Source: Zygnema circumcarinatum SAG 698-1b (lineage: Eukaryota > Plantae > Zygnematophyceae). From it: a DNA stretch of 64,000 nucleotides. Position 1 is the first letter of the stretch. Each line of letters opens with the position of its first letter. Below the pieces are notes generated by a model. The model was not told the DNA's origin and ran no database searches. It saw nothing but the letters and a program-made list of their open reading frames with translations. Location: assembly GCA_037447605.1 (NCBI GenBank), contig CM074814.1, positions 2,046,001 through 2,110,000 of the forward strand. The letters are read 5' to 3'. The position numbers and the translations under genes were made by a program. Positions 23,281 to 34,900 of this stretch are shown piece after piece.

Positions 23281-24365
23281 GCAGCAGCGCCTCAAAGTTT
23301 GAAAAATGCCCAACGGCTATAGGCCGTACGGTACGGTACGTTGCACGACCGCACGACACGTGTCCCTAGCTGTACGGTATAATTGTACGGCAAATCGCCA
23401 CTCGATATTCAGTACTGACATAATATCGTATCGTGTATCGTAGCGGATACAATGGAAACCACGAGTCGAGTTCAGTGCTAGCACGAAGCGGTGGTAAAAC
23501 CGTACCGCAAGGAAAACCACCGGGTTGCCAACCATTGATAACAAATGGTTGGTTGATCAATGCTTCGCAACCGCTGGTTGCAACCATGGGCAGTGTTTGC
23601 TGGTTCCGATAGCAATTTCTGGAACTTGGCAACAGCTGGCAGCCATTGATTGAATCAATGGTTCCAACCATTTTCTAAATGGTTATGGGTCCGCCAATCA
23701 ATGACTATAAACATTACCAAAAGAGGCCAAACTACAATGGTTGGCGACCATTGCCAATGGTTGGTTCACACATGCTGCACGACGACTACGTCAAGAAGTA
23801 CGAACTCAGGTCACGACCCTTCAACATAGATGACATGTTTAGTCAAAAACAGAACATGGAACTCAACTATCACACGATGATCAGGTCCCCAACGATGGCT
23901 AACAACCAATGAAGCCAATGGTTGCAAATATTGGCAATGGTTGTCAATGATTGAATCCCTTACCACATACTGTTCATTCTTGAACACATAAGAAATTAAA
24001 GATTTTGGCTTCTAAAAAAAAAAAAAAAAAACTTTCAAAACCACGGTTCAAAAAGAAAAAAGAGTTTCTCCTTTATGTTTCTGTTTTGTTTTGTTTTGTT
24101 TTGTTCTGTTTTTTTTTGAAAAGCCAGTCCTTGTTCAATGCGAATCCAGTTTAACATTGAACAATTTTAACTTCCACTCGCGTTCAATTTCGTTTTACTT
24201 GGCATCCACCAATCAACAATGAGATTTTGGCAAATCACAAAGCGGAGGACCCATTTCTGTTTGGCATTGCCGTACGGTGGTGGAATCGATTCGTACCGTA
24301 CGAAAACAATTGATCTGGCGAAAAAAGTGGTACGGTGAAAATTGGGCCGGAGTTAAAGAAATCCC

Positions 24366-25251
24366 CAGGCCTCTTCAAATAGGGGATTTCGGCTTAAGAT
24401 AGGGGACAGTCCCCTAACTTGGTTTTGAAAAAAACACGTAAATATGGACTGTACGGAAGAAACCGTACACGTACGGACGATAATTTTGTGGAGACCTTGC
24501 TTCATCATTTCCCAACACTGCTACCGTCGAGTCTGATTTTTCAGTAATTGGATGGGAGAAAGACGAGTTTCGAAAGAGGTTGACAGACTTTTCATTGGAA
24601 GGCATTCTTCACTGCAAACGGTTTGATAGTTTGAACACTCTTCGAGGGTCTCTTTGAGTAGTTTGCATCACTTCTATAGCTGTCTTGATCAGCCTAAAAC
24701 TCCTAAGGGAGTGAGACCATTTTTCATTTCATTTCTAATTTTAGTTCCTATTTCAGTTTTTCTTTTGTGACTACACCTAGAATTTCAGAGGTTATGATTT
24801 GGAATAGAGTTTTTGTGAGGAAATTTCAAGACTATGATGGATTCTAAAGTGATACTTGGAGTAATTAATGATGGATGGAAAAGGAAATAGAGAGCTTGGG
24901 ATTGGATCTACAAAGTTTCAGTGCAATTGGGTTTTTGAATAAGCAACTATATGTTGTGATTGCCAAATGCACAGTTGTTCTAATTGATTGGTAAAATTTA
25001 CCAATCTATAAGAGTCGAAGAGGTTGCACCAGTTTCTAAAGCCGTGTTGTTATACCAACAAGTAAAGTTCATATACATCATTGCTATCGTAGTTGCAACT
25101 GCAATTCATTTCCTTTTTGTTTTTAACCAAAAAAATGCTTTTTTGGGGCTTGTGTGGTATTTAAGTTGAAATCACGTAAACTAATCTCAAAATCTTACAT
25201 AAATAAGCTATTTACGATATTTAGGGGATCTCCCCTATTTGAAGAGGCCTG
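24366..25251. mobile_element. 886-bp non-autonomous hAT element
   Basis: Perfect 21-bp TIRs CAGGCCTCTTCAAATAGGGGA (24366-24386 and 25231-25251), and an 8-bp TSD GAAATCCC at 24358-24365 and 25252-25259. Confidence 0.92.
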
Positions 25252-27167
25252 GAAATCCCTCATACTGCTTGAATCTTACGTGGCAAAATTTGTAATCCAC
25301 ACGTGTAAGAAAAAATATTGAGCTTTTGAACTTTTCTTTGTACAAATTATCAAGTTTCAAAACACTCGATCCGACTGTTCAATTGTTCAACTGAATTTTT
25401 TTTCTGTTTTTTCAATCGAACATCCACAATTAAGTTATAAATGTTCGATTTCTCAACCTAATTGGTAGTAGGGTAATTGGCTTGTCCGCCATTCAATGGC
25501 TCCAAGTTCCAACCGTTGGCAACGGTTCCCAACCATTGGGAACCAGTGGACGAACCATGACAACGGTTGCCAGCCAGTCCAATGGTTGATCCAATCAATG
25601 GTCCGACCTGTGTTGTTGCACAGTTGAAAGGAAGCACGAGCGCCGCCCCGAAGTCAACACCCTTTTACTCGTGGTTCCCTTTTCGTGGTCCCGTTCGAGC
25701 CGCCCCGAAACGGGCGGTCCCGCGGCGGCACCCTAAACTTGCTCCCAGCGGCCAGGTCGCGCCACGTGGTGGCCTAGGATTCGCCCACGCCAGTGAACTG
25801 GCGTACGGCACTGAGGCCGTTACTGTGTCCGTACTGGACACATGTGACAACAGTCACTGTCACAGTACAAAATTTAATAACGGCAAGGAAACCCTCGAAT
25901 CGCAAAAACGTTCGCGCTATTAAAAATTTCTGCCGCAAGTTGACGGCCGTGAGAGGACTGGCCACGTGGACGGCTGCCGCTTAGCGAGCCAGCAGTTACG
26001 GGGCGGCGGATAACGTCCGTACGAATCCAGCCAATCGGCGCCCAGCGCGCGCTGGCTCCTTCTGGCAGATACGGCTAAAATCCCACTCGGGACCTCGTAC
26101 TCGCAGACATCCAATGATAATACTACACGTGGCACTTTCTAATTGGCGAAAAATCTTAAAATTTCAAGTTCGTACTTTCGAGCCTCCCGCAGTCCCCGCA
26201 ATCGTACAAATCATTATAACTTTCTGTACGAATGCCTCACATCCGACAAAGTGTCCCTTGGCCGTACTCTGTTCATACGGACACCCGATACGTGTCCGAA
26301 CGTGGCCGTACAGATTCTGTCCGCCATTGCCGACTTCCGTCCGGAAGTTTCTCCTGTCGTTTATACACGTACGGACGTCAAAGGTTTCCCTGTACGGTCT
26401 CCTGGCGATTGGCTCCGCGGATCCGGCCAGCCGGCCGGCCGAACTTCCGCCCCCAGCGGTCGATCCCGCCGCCACGATCTCCGGGCGGCTGTTTCGTAGT
26501 CGCAAGATCCGCCGCCCGGCGGCACGATCGCTGTAACCGAACAGCCGGTCATATGGAACTGTCGGCACACGTGACTGGTGTCGACAGAGCCAATCAGACG
26601 CTCTCTTGCCTGGTAAGATTTGGGAGTTCCCTAAATGTCTAGTAAAACGCTGAACGTCACAAGTGGTGAAAATTATGCGCATAGAAATCTGCCCGCCTGG
26701 CGGTTTTTTGCGGAAAACCTGAGCCGCCCGCAATTTCTGACGGGCAGCGCTGCCAGCTGGCGCAGGTGCAGTTTCGCAGCGCTGACGTCACGTCATCGCC
26801 GCCACAATCATTCGACCGTACGATTCACCAATCGGAACCCGCCACGTCGCCCGCGCCCCCATACCGGTCGACCCTCCTTTCCATAATTCCAGATTCGGTA
26901 CCGCGGAGGTCGGTGCGCCAACCTGCCGCCCGGGTCTCCGGCTCTTGCGCTGTACCGGTTCCTTTTCCTCGCGGTCGGTGCCAGCCGGCGGGCGCTGCCC
27001 GGTCGCTGACGGCGCGGAAGCGCGCGCTCCGGAATTCCCTCGCCCCGCACGTGCGGAGGCGGCCCGGGACCCCGCGGCGGGCGGGGCCCTCCCTCCCTCA
27101 CGCCCGCTCTCTCCTCCCCTCTCCTCGCCTCTCCCGCTCTCCCTGGCCCCCCCCCCTTCATCTCTCC

Positions 27168-27258
27168 CTACCGCTCTCGCTCCTCCCTACCTCTCTCGCT
27201 CCTCCCTACCGCTCTCGCTCCTCCCTACCGCTCTCGCTCCTCCCTACCTCTCTCGCTA
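27168..27258 (+). repeat. 19-bp minisatellite x~5 (ctacc(g/t)ctctcgctcctcc)
   Basis: Directly visible tandem units upstream of DUF868. Confidence 0.85.
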
Positions 27259-27613
27259 CGTCTCTCTCTAGATTCCTCCTCTTCCAACCCTCCCCGTCGC
27301 ACGCCTGTCATTCCTTGACCCCTTCAAAACTTTCCCAACCTCTCTCCCGCACCCTGTCCCCCTTCATCTCCCTCCTCCCAACCCCTCTCTCATCCTATTC
27401 CCTTCATCTCCTTCCACCCAACCTCTCTCCCTTCTTTCCTATCTATCTCCCTCCATCCTACCTCTCGCTCCCTCTCCCCCCTTCCCCCCCTTACCTCTCT
27501 CCCTCCCTCCCTCCTCCTCCTCCTGTACTGAACAACACCGATAACGAAGGATGCTGCGATATATCTAGACATCTAGATAGAAAGAGAGAGCGCGCGCGCG
27601 CGCGAGAGAGAGT

Positions 27614-27645
<32 letters not shown>

Positions 27646-27674
27646 GAGGGGGTACAGCGAGCGCGATAGGCTCG

Positions 27675-30374
27675 ATGAGCGTCCAGTCCTCCGAGAGCGG
27701 GCCCCCGGGTGTGGGTCTGCGCGGGGGCGACACGCTGACGCTGGCGCTGCGGCGCGCGGGCGGGCCCGAGGGGGAGGCTGGAGAGGGGGCGCTCGCCGCG
27801 GACAACGTGGCGGCGGCGCGCTACCGCGTCTGGTGGGGCACCGAGACGCGGGAGATCGGCATCACCTGGTGCAGGTGCTGCCTCTCTCTCTCTCTCTCCC
27901 TCGTTCTCTCTCTCCCTCACTCTTTCCCCCTCCCTCTGTCCTTCTCTCTCTCTTAAGCTTTCTATTCGCTCCTCTATTCTCGTGTCGGTCTAGCTGTCCT
28001 CCTCCCGCTTCTCCCCCGCTGCTTGTCTCATGGGTCTCCGCACTTTGCTGCTCCTCTTGCCACTTACCGTCTCGTCTTCTACTCCCTTTCGCTTCCTCTT
28101 TTTTTTTTTGCCTCACACTCCTTTCCTGCATCCACTATTCTCTCTTTTCTAAACCTGCCACCCACCACTCCTCTCTCACGTCTCTCCCTCCCATTGTCCC
28201 ACTCCTTTCTCTCTTCTCCGTTATACCTCTCCCTTTAATATCCTCCCTCTCCTTTCTCCCTTCCATTTCTTCTCCATTCTACTCGCTCTTCATCCTTATT
28301 CCTCTCCCTTCTCTTTACACCCTTCCTATTCTTCGCCATTTTTGCTCTCCCTTTTCCCTTTGCCCGCCCTTCCCTTTTTCTTCTCCTCCTCCCTTCGCGC
28401 TCTCTTCTGCTTTCTTTTTTTCCTTTGCCCTTTCCTTCCTCGTACTCTTCCTCATTTCCCCCTTCTTCCACTCCCTTTCCCTCCCTTTCCTTCTCCATCC
28501 TCTTCTCCCTTCTCCTTCTTCCGGCTCCCTCGCCCCTCCGTCCCTCCTCTTCTCCCTGACCTCTCTCCCTCCCCTTCTACCTTTCCTTCACTCCTCTCGT
28601 AGGCCCAATCCCAGACAATTCTTCCGAGCCGTTAGGAAGCATTGCTCTCCCACCTCTTTCCTCTCACCTTCTTCCGTCTAAAGAGAATAAGTGTTGACTC
28701 TCAGTCTGCATAGGAGAGCTCCCCCCCCCATTTCTCCTGCCCTCTCATCTCCTCTACCCTCTCTTTGTACCCCAGCCCTGCCTCTCTCTTTAACTACTTC
28801 CTTTATTTATCTCGTCACTTCTCCCCGTGTTTACCACTCTCACTGTGGTGAATGTATGTCGTATGGCTCAGTGCGCCTCTCCCCATGACCCATGCATGAC
28901 CTCATGCGCCATGCATGACCTCATGACCCACGCATGACCTCATGAGCCATGCATGACCCCATGAGCCCATGGCGATCCCAACACTGTTGTGGTCATCGTT
29001 TTGAGCGTTCTCGCCTTTGCATCATCATGCTATCTTCACCATCCCTAATTCGTCATTGTCATTGCCATCATCTTCTTCATCTTCATTGTTGCCATCATCA
29101 ATCTTAACATCGTCATCATGGATGATCGTGACCATTGTCATCGTCCACATCTCACTCACATCTTCGTCACCAGCATCATCATTCTCTTCGCCATCATCAT
29201 TATGAGTCTCATTATGGTCATCATCATTATGGCTATATCATCATCATGATCGTTATCATTGTCAGCATCGAGAGACTCTAACGCTCTGCTTCTTTCTTTT
29301 CAGGTCAATTCTCGGACACAGCTTCGTGGTGAGCGTCCAGGGGCAAGAGGAGGAGCCTCCAAAGCAGCTGCAATGCAAAATAGACTTTTCCAGTCTCTCT
29401 TTTTGGAGGAGACAATGCAGAAAGACTCTAGAAGTGGAGGGGAACACTATAGAGATTTACTGGGACTGCTCTTCTGCCAAATTTTCGTCCGGCCCTGAAC
29501 CCTTAGAAGGGTTCTATGTAGCCTTGGTCTGGAGGGGAGAACTTTTCCTCCTCCTAGGGGACATGCAAAAGGAGGCTCGGAGGAGAGTGAGAGGGGCAAA
29601 AGACTTTTCTGCAGGGGCGACCCTAATTGCTAAGAGAGAGCATGTGTTTGGAAGAAAATCGTGCGAAAGCAGGGCGAGGTTTGCTCCTGGAGGAAAAGAG
29701 CATATGCTGGAAGTGGAGTGCTGCAGACAACAGGGAGGGCCCGGACTTACTATAAAAGTTGATGGGGTTGCACAATTGCATGTGGAGCACCTAACATGGC
29801 AGTTCAGAGGAAACAAGGTATGCTGCTGCTTTCCCATGCTTATTGCCCTTTTTCGGGTTGGAAAAGCTGTTCAAGTTCCGCTTTTTTGACGGAGTTCTGG
29901 TTACACACATGCACGTGAAGCTCCATAAACCATGCAAATTAAGCCCTTTTCTACAAAAAACTCAACAGCAATCAGTCGTTGTAGTTGAATTGATGTCAAG
30001 ATCTGTGTTAAGATCTCCTCAATAGAAACTAAGATGAGGTTGGTGAGTGTGTGTTGCAGACAATATCGGTGGACGGAGCCCCGGTTGAAGTATTTTGGGA
30101 TGTATACAATTGGCTGTTTGGTGGTTTCGCGGGGTACGCCATATTTATGTTCAGGACAGACCTACCTCATCCTGCAAGCAGTTTGGAAGAGCAACCGTCG
30201 CATCCGAGCTTTGATGTTATGCCGAGATGGTCGGGAAGTGATCGAAGAGCATATGCGAAAGCATGGCTTGGAAAAGATGGAGGAGGCTCGGATGGAGATA
30301 CTTTGGATTCTGATAGCTCCGGGTTTTCGCTTACTCTTGTAGCATGGAGGCATGACCTAAGAACAGCAAGGTAA
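27675..30374 (+). CDS. Plant DUF868 family protein, exons 27675-27874, 29304-29817, 30060-30374
   Basis: Motifs ITWCR|SILGHS, IYWDCSSAKFSSGPEPLEGFYVA, KREHVFG, WQFRGNK|TISVDGAPVEVFWDVYNWLF. Junctions are phase-consistent. Confidence 0.92.
28883..28972 (+). repeat. CATGCATGACC(T/C)CATG minisatellite in DUF868 intron 1
   Basis: About 19-20-bp units repeated 4-5 times. Confidence 0.75.
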
Positions 30375-31929
30375 CAGTCAGTGTTTGATCGGTGTATAGC
30401 AGGGGAATAGGGAGTAGAGAGTGGGAGGTAGAGGCAGTAGGAGGTAGACAGAGATAGCTGTAATGTAGATAGGAATGCTTAGCTCAGGTGCAGAATAAGC
30501 GCAGATTGCGCAGAGAGCTAGGTGGAAGGAAAGAAGCTTGTCTCACATAGAGAGAGGCTGACTGTCTGATGCAGAGAGAATAGCGCTGTGCATAATATAA
30601 TCTTATGCTCTCACTACAGGAGTGGGAACAGGGGCCGGCCTTGATTCCTTTCGAGATGACAGGAAAAAATCGTATAGTATGGGCTGTGCGGTGGCCTGCC
30701 GAAGACCTGCACAGACCTGCTCCTTTTTGATGCACACATCTCTTTAGGGTTCCGCAGATTCAGATTTTTTTTATGGCAGTAGGTCCGCTCCTTGCAGGTT
30801 GTGTGTGTGTATGTATGGGCTGGGCTAGGGAGCTTGGCACTTATGGAAAATTGAAATTGCATTTAATTTTACTCTTTATATTGGTCTTTTGGTGTGATGT
30901 ATGAGAGATTCAAGTTGTATTGACACACACAATCGCACAAGCTGTAGGTAGAAGAGGCTTGAAGGGAAGGATGCGCTAGAGCCGAAGCGTTGTTCAACAA
31001 TGAGCACCGTTCCTTGGAAGGTAACTCATGCTTGACAATGTCCAAGCTTGACTTGCTGCTCAAGCGCTTGTAATCGATGCCATGTGACCGGATGAACTAC
31101 AATCCTTGAAGTTTCAAACGAAAGAGGAAGGCGGCATTGATCTCACCATGGTGATGATGCCATCAAATGTGCATGGACAAAATCAACAACATGGGGAGGG
31201 AACCACGAGGAACAACTGGTCGCAAAGGACCTAAGCACAAAAGAAAAAAGCGAGGAGCGGAAAACTACGCCTAGGCTCAACAAACCGGTTTGTTGAGTCC
31301 AGAAGTCTTCATTTAGTATGAATTTCAAGTACGAACTTTGAACCAACATTTTGTAGTCGCAAATTTCGTTCGGCTTCAAGAAGTGGTTTGGAAACTTTAG
31401 GCCATTTTTTTGCAGCGGTTTTCGAGTTTCCAACCAGGTTATGAGGTTTCCCGTGTGTCCAAAATCCAAACACTCGTCGGTTTCTTAGGAAAAACCGGAA
31501 TTTCACCAGAATATGGTTGACAATTTGGGGTAAGAAAATGGTTGATTTACACGTGGCGATGCCTAATTCGTCAAAAAAAATAGAGTTTCGATTGCCCTCA
31601 TTTTCGCGGGAGTGCCGATCGCGTTTTTTGCAAACTTCGGCCCGACAGCACATACCGGCCGTCAGTTGGTCCGTCTACAGTCGTCATCCAGTGTCAGTAA
31701 ACGTCATCAAGTTGCAAACTTTTCAAAAAGCATGGGGCTTACACTTGACTCGGTTTGAAGTATCCGGAGCGGAGAACGGGTCCAAATGGGGTATAACGTT
31801 CTGAAGCAGGTTTTTCCTCCCATGGGCCCCAACCCTCTCCTGCATCTGCAAGCCTCCGAGTTGAGGAGGAAGCCACGACCAAGCCACAGAGCGTAACCCT
31901 AATTCGAGAGCGGCAGCTTTTTTGGCACA

Positions 31930-34900
31930 ATGTTGGCGTCCAGGAACCGAAGGCTGGTTCAATTTGCACCACAGGTATGAATGTCTGTCTGTATTCTATG
32001 TGTATGTACATTTTTTTTCCATTAGTTTATTCCAGGGATAGCTTCTTTGCATTAGGTGGTCACAGGTTGCAGGTTGCAGCGACTTTATTCTCAAGCTGAG
32101 AAGCTCACACGATAGATCTTGCTTATCCTTTTGTAACGCGGCTATTAGCATGCAAGCTGCAGCCATTCTCTCGCAATAAACTGCGCATCTAACCTGACAA
32201 AGCTTCTCAAAAGATATATAGGAGTTAGTGAGAATAAGCTAGAAGAGCACTTTTTTTTGTTTTGCGCAGGTGCATGGCTTGATTCGCAGGAAGTTCCGCA
32301 CTAGCGTTCCTGCAGCTGCGGTTGTGCCAGCTACTGTTCCAACCAGCAAGCCATCTTGGAACTTTTTGGCTGGGATATTTGGAAGAGAAAGGCTTCCTGA
32401 AGTGCCTCCTCTTTATGAGCCTCTTCCCGGTTTGACGCTGCCACCTGAACTATCTATTCCCACAAGCCTGACCACGGAAGTCACTAGATTTGACAATGGC
32501 CTGATAATCGCGTCAGAAGACACACCGGTGAGCTCGATCGCCTGCCGCCTCGCGAAGGTCTTGAAGTGATTTGTTACTCATTGTTCCGGGAAATGAGAGC
32601 AGGCATTCGGTCCAAGTCGAGAGGATTCAACTGACCTGCAGCAGGCTAGAGTCGGAGATAGTAGGTTGTTTTTCCATGTCAATATAAAAAGCGTTTAGAG
32701 CTGACATATGTTTTGTGTACACTTCCAGTTCTGCTCGTAAGTAATACATATGACAGCTGGGAACCCATTTCTCTTGGCTCTCAGTCAACGCAGGTGGCCC
32801 TTAAAGTTAAGAAAACAAACAAAATAAAAGGGCCTGTAGATTAGAATCAATGGATCGATTTGAGCCCTCTTTTGTTAGTGTGTATTTTGTCGCTCCCCGT
32901 CACTCTTTTTCTAAGGAATCCCATTCTGTTAAAGCTGCTTCGTGAGTAAGGCAAAGCAAAGGCAGGAGATTTTTCTGTTGTCATGTGCGGAGGTTCAGAA
33001 AAAAAAAAAGGTCCTGCACGGCTGCATGCATGTCTGAGCCGATCACGATAAACATGTTTTTGTATCCGAACACAATAATTGAGTATGGTGGTCGATAAAA
33101 GGCTTGTTAAGGAGTTAAGAAGAGTAACTGGTAGGCGTTTGGAGCAAGTTCGGTGGCAGTGGCCATTTAATTGGGTGTATAATGTGGTCAAAAGGAAGAT
33201 GTTTTAAGACGAACGCAGTCGTAGGGAAAGGCACTGAGCGTTAACCAGACGAAGTTTTAGATTGGAGTGATAGGTGTCGACGCGGAGGAGGGCAGAAAGC
33301 ATACGTTGTTCATCATACGGTCACATTTTCCACTGAGCGTATCGGGTTGGGTGTTGTTTGCTCTATGTTAATTATTTGCAAATCTTCCACCTCCCTACAT
33401 AACCTGCCTTACAAAGCGTGGAACAGCAGATGACTGAGTTTGACATTATTCAAGCAGCGTTTGTAAAGACTGTGATGTTCCAGTGGACTTCTTTCATATA
33501 TTGTTTTTCATCATATGCTACAAAGAGTGCTTGCCTCTGTAAAGATACTTCTGTTGTGTGCATTATGCTCACCAGAATGCGTTTTTATCCGTCTCTGGCA
33601 GGGTCCAACCTGCACTGTGGGAATCTACATTGACTCAGGAAGTGTCTATGAATCCCCAACAACGGCTGGGGCATCGCATCTTCTTGAGCGAATGGCATTT
33701 AAAAGTACTGCCAATCGCACGCACTTTCGACTTATTCGCGAGGTGGAGGCTATTGGAGCCCATGTCACAGCTTGTGCATCTCGGGAGCAGATGTCATACG
33801 CAGGGGATGGTCTCAAGACTTATCTTCCTGAAATCCTGGAGCTGTTGGCTGACAGCATCAGAAATCCACTTTTCAGTGAATGGGAAGTGAAGGAGCAGGT
33901 AATGCTTACCTTATAGGTTGTGCGATAACTAGCCTGGTCCTAGCAACAACGATGGTACAAGCTCAGTGATAGACGAAGATCTTATCAGCGGCCTTGCATG
34001 TCTTGGATTAGGATTGCGAGATGTGTAGTGAGTCTGGCGAGGACTTCATGTTTCGTATCATCGTGGCCTGCAGTTGATGAAGGATAGTTTAGAAATGGTG
34101 ATTATGCTGAAAAGAAAAGCAATCCGCTTTTGTTCTATCATTGACTCTTGCTCTATTAAGGCTGTTTCGGATTGCTAATACCTTTGCTACGATTTTGGAC
34201 ACAGATGGCGAAAGTGAGGGAGGAGGTAAAGCAGTCTGCTTCTAATCCACAGAGCCTCATTCTTGAAGCTCTCCATTCAGCTGGTTATGAAGGAGCCCTG
34301 GGCAACCCATTGATCGCGCCGGAGTCAAACTTGGCGAATCTCAATGGAGATGTTTTGTACGACTTCGTGGAGGTACGGATGCTGGTATAGGTGCTGGATG
34401 TCACTGAATCAGAAGGCGTGATATAGTTGCCAGGGCAGTCCCTCAAAGGAAGAGAAATGTTGGTGATGATTTGGTAGCATTCAGAGCAGGAGCTACCTGT
34501 ATTTCAAAACCGGTTCGTGATATCTTTGGAATGCTTTTCCAACTACTAAAATTTTGCGATTTTCTTTTTCTGTCTATCGTAATGTTTGTCGAATTTCGGG
34601 TGGCATCGGGTGTGGGGGGTGGTGATGGTTGTCAGTCGCAATTCAGTGCATCTCGCATTGTGCTTGCGGCAGCCGGAGTGGACCATGCGGAGCTCAAGGC
34701 TTTAGCAGATCCTCTCTTCTCCGATATGCCAAAGGGAGTTCATTCACCCCCTCCTCCCTCACAATACGTGGGTGGTGACTGGCGAGCTGCAAACAATGGT
34801 TCGGTGAGGTTGCAATGCCACTGTGTTTTCCGATTTGCAGGTGAAAGATGCATCGCACAGGTTTAGGCCCAAAACAAGCAGCTGCTTGGCCAATATATGT

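Noticed and set aside
24790-25000. LINE RNase H-like fragment (MDSKVILGVIN) inside the hAT element
   Set aside because: Too short and interrupted by stops to support.
26766-28681. Long ORFs of 396 aa and 282 aa rich in Leu/Ser/Pro
   Set aside because: These result from stop-poor GC-rich and CT-microsatellite sequence. Only 27675-27874 is a supported exon.
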